Of a stretch of DNA of 33,124 nt, positions 1 to 10,770 are shown piece by piece. Position 1 is the stretch's first letter. Every line of letters begins with the position of its first letter. The stretch spans positions 1 through 33,124 of the forward strand of contig NW_021832089.1 of NCBI RefSeq assembly GCF_006345805.1. Direction: 5' to 3'. The notes beneath the pieces were generated by a model that had not been told where the DNA came from, did not search any database, and worked only from the letters and a program-made list of their open reading frames with translations. The stretch is from Octopus sinensis. Taxonomy: Eukaryota. The translations under genes and the position numbers were made by a program.

Positions 1-483
1 ATCCTTCGTGTTTTTCTCGTTGCTTTATTTCCCCCTTTTTCTGTAGAATTGGTACCCTGCGTGTATCAAGATCGGTCCTATCGCTGATTCCCTTTCTCAG
101 ATAATTTCTGGTCTGGAATCAATATCAGAAACTGTTTAAATGAAATCTGACAGGAATCTGCAGTCCGAACGCCGAGCAAATTGAATGAAAACCGAGATTC
201 GCCTAATCTGGACGTCCGACTTATCTCTTCATTATATCCTTGTCCAAAGGAAAGCATTGAAGGAATATAATTCCTCTGAAATATTTCAGAAGCGTCCGAA
301 AGAGATGAAGAATTTAAAGTTTTCAGGTTGTGGGACGAATCTTTAAACTCCTCTTTTGGGTTCACGAAAAGCACGCGCATGCAGATCCATGATTAGAGTT
401 GGAATATGTGCAATTTGAAATAGTACACACACACGCATGCGCAGAAACATGCTCACCCACTCAAAAACATGCGCATGCTCATG

Positions 484-627
484 TAGCTTAGCGGTTCGGC
501 GAAAGAGACCGATAGATTAAGTACTTGGCTTACAAAGAATAAATCCTGGGGTCGAATCGTTCGACTAAAGGCGGTGCTCCAGCATGGCCGCAGCCAAATG
601 ACTGAAACAAATAAAAGAATAACAGAA
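484..627 (+). mobile_element. 3' half of tRNA-derived SINE family B (CORE-like, Octopus-type)
   Basis: Contains the tail CCTGGGGTCG..TTCGACTAAAGGCGGTGCTCCAGCATGGCCGCAG.CAAATGACTGAAAC, which recurs at about 20675-20780 (+) and 7438, 8735, 26325 (-). Confidence 0.85.
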
Positions 628-720
628 TATATACACATTTATTTATTTATTTATTATTTATTAACCAACAGAAATAGTTTTTACTGATTAGAAATATAAA
701 TTGTTTGCGGACATCGATAC

Positions 721-832
721 CAAACGAAACGGCAGCAGACGGACTCGCAGACACATTTGCAGTTACGTCTGCAGACTTAACTGCAGTATAATGCACCAAT
801 ATTATGCAAAATATAACTGCAGTAGACCTCAT
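721..832 (-). CDS. Candidate signal-peptide first exon (MRSTAVIFCIILVHYTAVKS/ADVTANVSASPSAAVSF), unvalidated
   Basis: ATG at 832, then a basic residue, a hydrophobic core and a V-K-S|A cleavage-like motif; phase-1 donor TTTG|GTATCG at 721/720. No homology recognised. Confidence 0.25.
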
Positions 833-1354
833 CAATATACAACAACAACAACAACAACAGCAGCAACAACCACAACGCAGTCTGATGAAGATTTTGCGTG
901 AAACTATTGCCTTCGGTTCCGTTGAGGAAATTTACGTCAGGCAATCATCTAATTAGTGCTGATGTAGCTGTTGCTGGCCCTGAATGGATAAAGCTATGAT
1001 CAAAGACCATCTAGCCACATGACCATCCCTTCTAGATTATCAGAGAAAAACAATATTATCAAAGATGCCCTTCCTTTTTCTAGGTAGGGTGTGTTTTGAG
1101 AGAGATTTCACTGTTATTTCTTGCAGGTCCAGGGACCACATAGAACCTTCCTCTGTTGTTATTGTTACGAATGAATGCTGTTGTTGTTGTCGTTCAGCTC
1201 CAATACAACCCTGATCTGGCACAACTCTAATCAAAGGCATTCCAACCGTGACCATCTTTGCCTTTCATTAACCATAGCCTATCTAGGGTTACATAATTTA
1301 TGTGTGTATCTTTGCTTTTTGAAACACTTGAGTGCGTGATTTGAAGGAAATTAG

Positions 1355-1401
1355 CTCTCTCTCTCTCTCTCTCTCTCTCTCTACCTGTCTGCTTCTCAGT
1401 A

Positions 1402-1443
<42 letters not shown>

Positions 1444-1445
1444 CT

Positions 1446-1521
<76 letters not shown>
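1355..1521. repeat. Compound (CT)n/(TATC)n/(TA)n microsatellite
   Basis: Direct reading of the sequence. Confidence 0.95.
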
Positions 1522-1527
<6 letters not shown>

Positions 1528-1729
1528 GAAAGTTTACGAAAATAAACAAAAGACGAAGGCAGGTGGAGTACAAACAAACAAATGTATTAGTATAGCGCTC
1601 AGGAATAGAATAAAAGTCTTTTACGTTTCGAGCCTACGCCTTTCGACAGAAAGATACACAGAAAAAAAAACAAGGAGAGAACAAGGAGAGAAAAAATGCG
1701 TGTAGGAGCTAACGATCTATCATGGCGTC

Positions 1730-1797
<68 letters not shown>

Positions 1798-2462
1798 TAG
1801 CAGGCAAGCAGATAGGTAGGTAGGTACATATATAAACCCAAGAGGGAAACAGCCACACGATAGCCGGGCTTCAAGGAAATTGCAGCTAAATTCCTTTTAA
1901 TCACAATCAACTGTATTCTATTTTCAACAAAAAAAAAAAAAAGGAAAAAGGAAACGGTGCCTACATTATATCTAAATAACAGGTGGGTTTGTCATGGCCG
2001 GACCATCTTTGATCATAGAGGTCTACTGAATGCAAATTAACATGAGACCAACGATCATCTTAATATAATGTCATCGACCGAGGACCCTTGACAGAGAATT
2101 TGTCTTCCGATAAAAGCCAAGAACGCAACATAGAAACATTTAAAACGATTATTGAAGGTGCGGGGAAGAGGGTCCGGGGTTGGACTATGTTTACAAAGTA
2201 ACTGTTGTTGAACGTCACTAAGTCATACAGGGGTGGGGCCGCCACACACACACACTCTCTCTCTCTCTCTTCTCTGTGTCTCTGTATCACAGATTACGTT
2301 TTATTTTTGGGTGGACTAGAGCAGAAAGTGATTGCGTTTTAAAGGTCAATAGATCTAGATTTCAGAATGGGGAGAAAAAAATATAAAATAAAATAAAATA
2401 AAAATGAAAATGAAAATGAAAAGATAAGAAGTGAGGCGTGGTGGTTGCTCTATGTATAGAAA

Positions 2463-2476
2463 CTACTACTACTACT

Positions 2477-2526
<50 letters not shown>

Positions 2527-3070
2527 GCTACTACTACTACAATTGAGATTTTAGGGAACAGAAAGAAATGGGAACAACAGTCGCCAGAAATGTAAGTGCG
2601 TGAAAGATGACGTTAAACTGGAGAAAAGAAGGGTCAAGTGAGCGAAACCCTGCATGACGCCTTTGTTTTTGTGGAGTGTAAGGGAGAGTGAATGAAACCG
2701 TTAGGAATAAACACGGGGATCAGTAGTAGTAGTAGTGGTGGTGGTGGTGGTGGCCGTGGTGGTGGTGGTGGTGGTGGTGGTGGTGGTGGTGGTGCCTATT
2801 GATGGTTTTGTTGTTATTGTTACTGTTGTTGTTGAGATTGATGGAGCTGTTCTTGTTCTTGTTGCTCTTATTTGTTGTTATTGTTGCAGCTGTCATTGCT
2901 GCTGTTGTTGTTGTTGCTGTTGCTGCTTCTACTGTTGTTGTTGTTGTTGTACTCGTTCCTGTTTTACTGATAAAGTTGCTGTTGATGTTGTAGTTGCTGA
3001 GATTGTTGCAGTTGTTGATGATGTTGATGATGATGATGATGATGATGATGTAGAAAACTGGTGGTGGTGG
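2463..3070. repeat. Trinucleotide microsatellite cluster (ACT, GTG, GTT/GCT, GAT)
   Basis: Direct reading; it explains the poly-V, poly-C and poly-Q ORFs. Confidence 0.95.
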
Positions 3071-3110
3071 CGGGGGTTAAAACAAAAATAACAATAAACA
3101 AAAACAAAAC

Positions 3111-3476
3111 ACCTCTCTCTCCCTCTCTCCCTCTCTCCCTCTCTCCCCTCTCTCCTCTCTATTTCTCCTTCCCCTCTCTCCCCTCTCCCTCTCTCTCCTT
3201 CCCCTCTCTCCCCTCTTCCTCTTTCTCTCTCTCCTTCTCTCCCATCTCTCCCCTCTCTCTCTCCTTCCCCTCTCTCCCCTCTCTCCTCTCTCTTTCTCCT
3301 TCCCCTCTCTCCCCTCTCCCCTCTCTCTCTCTCCTTCCCCTCTCTCCCCTCTTCCTCTTTCTCTCTCTCCCTCTCTCCCACCTCTCCCCTCTCTCTCTCC
3401 TTCCCCTCTCTCCCTTCTCCCCCTCTCTCTCCTTCCCCTCTCTCCCTTCTCCCTCTCTCTCTCTATCTCTCTCAGA
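3111..3476. repeat. About 365-bp almost pure polypyrimidine (CT-rich) tract
   Basis: Nearly all C/T, with recurring CTCTCTCCTTCCCCTCTCTCCC units. Confidence 0.95.
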
Positions 3477-3956
3477 CTCTCAAAGACAAGAGACTAGAAT
3501 CATGGGACTACATAAGAAGTGGAGGTTACTGGAAGCACCAAAAGATGTTTATATAATTAGTCACAGACAAGACTGGATACATCTGGTCATTGTTATCAAT
3601 GTTGTTGTTGTTGTTGTCGATCTACATCCTCTTCCTCCTCCTCCTCCTCCTCTCATCGCCTCCACCGCCGCCATCTTTTATCAGTTCTCTAACGAACAAA
3701 CATCAACATTCCTAGTTAACGTAGTTTATTTCTCATCACGTCTCTTCAATTTCACTCTTCCTCTTCCTCTCCTCTTCCTCTTCCTCTTCCTCTTCCTCAT
3801 CCTCTTTGTCCTCCCACTTTCTTACTTAAGATCATATCTACCCAGCTGTCTCTCTCTGACTCTCTATCGCTTTATCTCTCTCTCTCACTTCTTCGTGTGG
3901 TGTGGTGTGGTGTTGTGTGTGTGTGTGTGTGTGTGTGTTATTTAGATTATTGCTAA

Positions 3957-4223
3957 ATTTCTTGCCATCCGTAAAAGAGCCAGTCTCAAAACTCGATCCC
4001 AAGGTTCTTTCATTGGAATTTCAGCAACATATCAACAGGATATTTGTGCATGTATGCGTGTATATATGCGCATGTGCAGCTTTGTATGTTTTATGTCTGT
4101 CTAACCATACTAATCAAACGCATAGTCGCATGTCTACACATTTGCATACGTACTTAAATGCTAAACTTTAGGAAAGTTTTACATAGTTGACCGTTCCACT
4201 GGTGGCTTGTAACTGTAGACTTC
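3957..4223. mobile_element. Unclassified bipartite repeat (block X, microsatellite spacer, block Y), copy 1
   Basis: Blocks 3957-4039 and 4154-4223 align with 11840-11919 and 12184-12253 in the same order. Confidence 0.7.
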
Positions 4224-4726
4224 TAATTAGCTGCCCCCTTTCTGGTTCTCAATGTATTATGTGTGTGTGTGTGTGTATGTATGAACGCATAAGTGTCTGT
4301 GTGCTCGCTTGTTTATGCGTGTGCATGCATACACACACAGATGCATATATACACAAGAAAACGGAAGGTACGACGCTTCGTATTCGAACCTGGTACCGTG
4401 TTATCAACAGGATCAAATTAATGCCTTGCCTTTTACTCATACGTAGAAGGTAATTCAATAAACTCCCTTCTCACTTCATTTTTCCCTGCACCTTCCTCTT
4501 CTCTTTGCCTGATTTCTCTTCTCATTCTATTCATTTTCCCGTTTCTCATTCAGTTTCCCTGTTCCACTACTTCGTGGTTAGATATGAAGCTCTGGCGTTC
4601 CTCATCAGTTGCAGCCATGTTTTTCTTTTCAAATTCGAAGATATGAAACTCAGCTGTCTCACTTTTATTTCTCTCCTATCAATAATAATTCGAACAGGAA
4701 CAAACTTACAAATATCTCGGAATAAA

Positions 4727-4966
4727 CACCATGTTACGTGCGTTTAACTCGGATTTTAGGACTGCTCGAACTCTCCTGTAACACTCCTTCCCGATTTTCT
4801 CTTTCACACTTGCATGTTGAATGCCAGAGCCCTCATTTATTCCGAGATATTTGTAAGTTTGTTCCTGTTCGAGTCCGCTTATGACTGTGCCAAAATCCAA
4901 CACTATTGAATGTGAGGTTTTCAGTTTCCCTTTCTGGAAAGTGACCATGGCACATTTACCAAGACC
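4727..4966 (-). mobile_element. Non-LTR retrotransposon RT fragment, R4/Dong-like
   Basis: Translation GLGKCAMVTFQKGKL...EQEQTYKYLGINEGSGIQHASVKEKIGKECYRRVRAVLKSELN matches the FGLDKCA..YKYLG..KEYYRRVR..LKSELN region of R4/Dong-type RTs. Clade assignment is from motif recognition. Confidence 0.8.
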
Positions 4967-4967
4967 A

Positions 4968-5190
4968 ATTATTATTATCATTATTATTATCATTATCATT
5001 ATTATTATTATTATCATTATTATTATTGTTGTTGTTGTTGTTGTTATTATTATTATTATTCAGTAGTTTTATTTTTATATCGTGCTTTCACTTCACTACC
5101 GAGCGCAGCTCTGTGTGCCTTGGGTATGTGCTGTGATTTGTTGTGATACTCTGATGGTTACTGTATTGAAAGTGTTTATTATTATTGTTG

Positions 5191-5270
<80 letters not shown>

Positions 5271-5295
5271 ATTATTATTATTATTATTATTTTAA

Positions 5296-5332
<37 letters not shown>

Positions 5333-5358
5333 ATTATTATTATTATTATTATTATTAT
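4968..5358. repeat. (ATT)n-dominated trinucleotide tracts (4968-5060, 5177-5358)
   Basis: Direct reading. Confidence 0.95.
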
Positions 5359-5538
5359 TCATTTTGTTCCTCATGTACAAGTTTGTGTGGATTCACCCTT
5401 ATTTTTCTTATTTCATTCCATTTTAGAAAAACCGAAGCATGTCTTTGACAGTTCCGGCGCGTTTTGAACTAATTTTGTGCGTGACGTTTGGTCCACCTTC
5501 TGTGTGTGTGTAATTGTATGTGTGCGTGTGTGTGTGTG

Positions 5539-5581
<43 letters not shown>

Positions 5582-7098
5582 ATGCGTGCGCGCGTATATT
5601 TCCTCATTTCTATTCAAAGCCATTATCTCTGTTCTAATTCCACAGACACTGTGGGATGTAAGTGGGAGACATCGAGGTCGGAGGGGAGGATGTCTGATTT
5701 TAACTGACTTATCTTGGGACACGCACACACATACACACACACACACACAAATGTACATATACACACAATCACACACCCACACATTTACATACGCATGCGC
5801 ATACATACACACACATACACACGCGCATAACACACCTTGTCTACATTCTGTATTCTTCGTTTCCTTCAACTACCATTGCTGCTGCTGCTGCTGCTGCTAC
5901 TACTACTACTACTACTACTTTATCGTATCTTTTCCTCTCCCCTTCGCTCTCCACCCTTTCCCTGTTGAAAGATGACTAAAGGTATCGGTTTAAAAATAGC
6001 CTCACCCTGTATCCACCCCTTAACCCAGTCACACCCATCGCTGACCCTTTTCTTCATATCTTCCCCACCCACACCCACCCCGTCTACAATAGTAAACAGA
6101 TGCCTTATCTGCCAGTGCTAACCTCAAACCCCAACGTTATCGCCACATTTCTCGCTGCATTCCCCGCAAAATTGAAGACTTTTCGTGGATGCTAGGCCAG
6201 TTAGAAATAGTAGCCAAATCTCCCTCAAATCTCCGGAAAAACGGTGGGATGGTCACTTCTTGCATTCTCGGTCTGCCCAATCAGACCTTAAACAACAACA
6301 ATAGAAACAACAACAGCAGCAACAATATAAACAACAGCAACAACAACATGAACCAACACGCATCCTGTATGTGGCCATTCCATTGAATAACAGTCAAGTC
6401 TTCTAATAATTACAAACTTTAAAAAAAAGGAACGAAATGGTTCTTTTCAATCTCAGTCACAGATTTTTTTAATTAATTTTTTTTAACTAAACAGTTTGAA
6501 ACTTCGGATTCTGGTTGAATGTTTCACGTAGAACACGGTTTAGTCTTGTTTTTGACAAAATTTTGTATTATAGAAGTTATTTCGTGTTAAAGTTGTCGTA
6601 TTTTGGTAATTTTAACCAATCAATGACGTGTATTCAGCTGAAGAAAGTTACTGCTGTTTGCGAAAGTACTGGAAGAGCAATAACTTCTAGGTCATAGGGT
6701 ATGTATGTATGTTTTTTGCCGGGGACTGATGAAGGGGCGGGGAAAGAAGAAGGTATTCTCAGACTGGAGAACTGGTTCAAATAGTTGCGCCTGAGAGGAT
6801 TCTGAGACGTGGGGTGGTTAAACTAGGTGATGGATAAAAACTACTTCACATGTAAATAAGCCAGGGTAGAATTTGAACTCAGGATACGAAGAGACGTAAT
6901 AAATACTGCAAGGTCCCTACCGATTCGGCCACTCCACCGTCCTGACTCCTTCGTTATTTCGAGACCTGGAATAACGAAAGGCAAAGTTGATCTCGGCCGG
7001 AATTGAACTCATATCATCGCAGTCAATTTCGTCCGACGCTCTACCATCTTCACCAGTTAGCCACCAGAAGAAGAATCCTTTCTACTGGAAGCAAAGAG

Positions 7099-7289
7099 CC
7101 TCAAATTTAGGGGAAGGAATGAAGTCGATTAGATCGACTCCAGTGTGCAACTGGTACTTATTTAATCGACCCCAAAAGGATGAAGTGCAAAGTCGACCTC
7201 GGCGGAATTTGAACTCAGAACGTAAAGACAGACGAAATACTGCTAAGCATTTCGCCCGGCTTGCAAACGATTCTGCCAGCCTGTCGCCC
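7099..7289 (-). mobile_element. tRNA-derived SINE family A
   Basis: On the minus strand: head GGCG..GCTGGCAGAATCG, B-box-like GAGTTCAAATTCC, and a conserved body related to GCCTTTCATCCTTTCGGGGTCGAT..AAGTACCAG (Meta-domain-like). Confidence 0.9.
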
Positions 7290-8260
7290 TCATAAGTAAT
7301 GGTTATTAAACACCAGGTCAGTCCTGGTTGAGTAGACCTATAGTCAAAAGCGTTCCATCAGTGACCATTCCGCTTTTGTTTTGTTTTTATACGACGGAAG
7401 ATTTCGGGGTGATAACATTTATCGCTTATCTCGTTCGTGTCTCAGTCATTAGGCTGCGGCCATGCTGGGGAATCACCTTGAAGAATTAATCGACTGCAGT
7501 ACTTATTTTAGTGAAGCCTGATACTTATTTTATCGATCATTTTTGTCGAACCGCTAGTTCACGGCGAAGGAAATACACCAAGGGTTGCGGGGTGGACAGA
7601 CATAAGCACAAGGATACACACACATAGATATAGTTGCTATTTCGAGCAATTCAAGCAACCATGTAGAGACACCGGGTGGCTGGTTCCGTCGTATTCTGTC
7701 GTCGGCCGGTTGGATAATCACCTTCGCCCACCCACGGGTACGCACACCAATATTATATTGACATTTATATCAGATTGTTCTACATTTCAGCTGTTGCACG
7801 TGACAGCTGATGACCTTGGGGTCAAGGTCGAGGCCAACAACAACAACAAAAGCAACAGTTCCATTCTGCGTCATTCCTTTCTCTCTCTCACTCTCTCTGT
7901 CACACTTCCTCTCTCCCTCTCTTTCTCCCTCCTCCCACTTTTATGATCTACATACTCCCACCGCATCAACCTCACTTCCTGTTGCTTCTTACCCATAACA
8001 GACGCTCTTTTTGCTGCGCTTCTTCTTACACGTCTGTCTGTCTGTCTGTCTCGGTCTGTTGCTCTCTTTCTCTCTTTCTTTCTCTCCCTTTCCATCTCCC
8101 CCTTTCTCTCTCTCTCTCTCTCTCTCTCTCCCTCCCTCTATCTATATATGTATCTATCTATCTATCTTAAATTGAATAATAAGGGTAGAAATTGATATTA
8201 ATCAATTAAAACCAGTGGCTCGGCATATTGAAAGAATCCGAAGATTAAAAATTGAGTTAC

Positions 8261-8459
8261 ATACAAAATTAAGAGGAATATTACTAAAGTGGACACCTAA
8301 TATGCTAAACATAGACGTCAAATCGCCATTACCACGAAGAATGTCCTCAAGATTTTTGCTGAGATTTTTCTTGGGAACACATTCTTCGTGGTAATGGCGA
8401 TTTGACGTCTATGTTTAGCATATTAGGTGTCCACTTTAGTGGTATTCCTCTTAATTTTG

Positions 8460-8462
<3 letters not shown>
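8261..8462. repeat. 84-bp inverted repeat (fold-back) with 34-bp spacer
   Basis: 8261-8344 is the reverse complement of 8379-8462, except TT (8281-8282) opposite GG (8441-8442). Confidence 0.95.
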
Positions 8463-8500
<38 letters not shown>

Positions 8501-8534
8501 GTCTATCTACCTATCTATCTGTCTATCTGTCTCT

Positions 8535-8596
<62 letters not shown>

Positions 8597-8610
8597 GTTT
8601 GTCTGTCTAT
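8461..8610. repeat. (TATC)n microsatellite
   Basis: Direct reading. Confidence 0.95.
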
Positions 8611-8726
8611 CTTTCTACCGCCGTAAGTGTATATATATTTATACACACAGAAGCTAATAACGATTTATTCTTTACTGTTACACAACGCAGTCAAACCTAT
8701 TCTATTTTCCTCTTTTCTTCTGTTAC

Positions 8727-8935
8727 TCTTTTACTTGTTTCAGTCATTTGACTGCTGCCATGCTGAAGCACCGCCTTTAGTCGAACAAATCGACCCCAGG
8801 ACTTATTCTTTGTTAGCCAAGTACTTATTCTATCGGTTTCTTTTGCCGAACCACTAGGCTATAGGGACGTAAACACGCCAACATCGGTTGTCAAGCAATG
8901 TTGGAGGGGACAAATGCAGACACACAAACATATAC
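8727..8935 (-). mobile_element. SINE family B 3' half
   Basis: Reverse complement of the 484-627 and 20580-20780 tail. Confidence 0.85.
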
Positions 8936-9319
8936 ATATATGTGTGTGTGTGTGTGTAGGCGCAAGAGTGGCTGTGTGGTAAGAAGCTTGCTTCCCAACA
9001 CCTGTCTGTGTTTGGATTGTCTTTGCACAGGGGCCATGCAGACTCGTACCTCGGCCGTCAACAAGAATTAATCTTCTCTCTTCGCTCTTTTGCACCATAT
9101 GGGCTCAACTCCTCTCTTCAATCCTACTCACCTCTCCTCTCCTCTCTTGCTCTGACACCAACTTCCTCTCTTCACTCCTACCTACCTTCTCCCTTCATTA
9201 ATATCCCCACCTCACTCCCAAATTAACCCATCCCTATCCCACCCCCACATCCCCACTCCTATATCCCCCACCCTCGCACCACACCACCATACCACATCAC
9301 ACCACTCCACACACTTCTT

Positions 9320-9468
9320 TCGGTTTCCGTCCACCAAATCCACTTACAAGCTTTGGTGTGTCCGGGGCTATAGCAGAAGACACTTTCCCAAGGTGCCACG
9401 CAGTGGGACTGAACCCGGAACCATGTGGTTGGAAAGCAAGCTTCTTACCACACAGCCACTCCAGCGCC
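9320..9468 (-). mobile_element. SINE family B head and CORE-like body
   Basis: Minus strand has A-box-like TGGCTGTGTGG, B-box-like GGTTCAGTCCC and CORE-like GGCACCTTGGGAAAGTGTCTTCT. A truncated head in the opposite orientation lies at 8958-9000. Confidence 0.85.
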
Positions 9469-9495
9469 TTTTTTCAATATATATCTATCACTTAA

Positions 9496-9707
9496 GGCGG
9501 TCACCTGACAGAATCGTTACCGCCATGGGAAAAATGCATAGCGGCATTTCGTCCGTCTTTATGTTCTGAGTTCCAATTCCGCCGGGGCCGACTTTGCCTT
9601 TCATCCTTTCAGAGCCGATAAAATAAGTACCAGTTGAGCACTGGGGTCGATGAAATCGACTTACATCCTTTCCCAAAATTGCTAGCGTTGTGCCAAAATC
9701 TGAAACT
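9496..9707 (+). mobile_element. SINE family A (diverged)
   Basis: Head, B-box-like segment and GCCTTTCATCCTTTC body are all present. Confidence 0.85.
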
Positions 9708-10550
9708 AATGTATTTCTAGCACTCTGTATATTTCTAATAATCCATCTGTATTTCTACTGTTCAATATATTTATTAGCGTTCCTTCATAAATATTTCTGC
9801 TTTTCATATCTAAAAAAAAAACACCACTCAATTCTTGAGTTATGATTAATCCAGAGATATCATTTATTCAGCAAAGTTTGGTTAACTTTAAATGGACGAT
9901 GTAACTCTTCAATCAATCTCGTTTCACAGATATCGTTGCAAACTCTCATGAAACTCGATATTTTGATTGTTAATCTTAATGGGAAGACATTCGTCTGGCA
10001 CCATGTTAATGAGGAATGGTAAAATGGCTCCATGTTACGTCTATGGCGTTGGTTCCAGTTTCTGTAAAATTCCGATCCTTGTTTGTCCAAAAGAATGTAA
10101 ATGTCTTTGATGCTAAATGCAGAATAATCATTCTTTGCCGGTTGGTGCCAAACCCTCGATCGAATTCTGGCCGATAGAAGAAGAGGGCCCAAACTAATTC
10201 GTTCAAATAAATCACGTACTATATTCCCACATGATTTTTTTCCATGTAGCCATGCTGGAATCTGGTCGCATGTTCTCAATAGCTACTTAGCACCCGCTGA
10301 CTAAAAGCTCGATTCCTCCCTTACTCTCTGCCCTTTGTAAAATCTCGAGTCAACGAGACAATGACGGAATCTTGATGTGGCTGCACAACCTGCTAGAAAT
10401 AGAAGCTGAATCACTTTCAAGCAACACACTAATGTCTTGAAAAGACGGGGGCTCATTTGGTATTATAGTAACACATGAATATATATATATATATATATGA
10501 ATATATAGATAAAGAGATAGATAGATAGATAAATAGATAGATATATAGAT

Positions 10551-10583
<33 letters not shown>

Positions 10584-10677
10584 AATAATGAAAGACCGAA
10601 ATCCTGACGAGATGGTCATGTGTGGTACGCTTTTGCTCAAAGGTCGAAACAACTAGTATAGTCAAGGCAATACATTG

Positions 10678-10680
10678 GCA

Positions 10681-10729
<49 letters not shown>

Positions 10730-10737
10730 TTACTATA

Positions 10738-10770
<33 letters not shown>

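Noticed and set aside
882-950. CTGATGA...GAAA hammerhead-like core with downstream ATTGCCT/AGGCAAT stem
   Set aside because: Stem II cannot pair and the NUH register is mismatched.
2735-3945. Long ORFs (118-294 aa) rich in V, C, Q, E/R or L/S/P
   Set aside because: They are translations of triplet and CT microsatellites that lack stop codons by construction.
10604-10665. CTGACGA...GGTC-GAAA hammerhead-like core
   Set aside because: Stem II is only 2-3 bp and there is no stem I partner.
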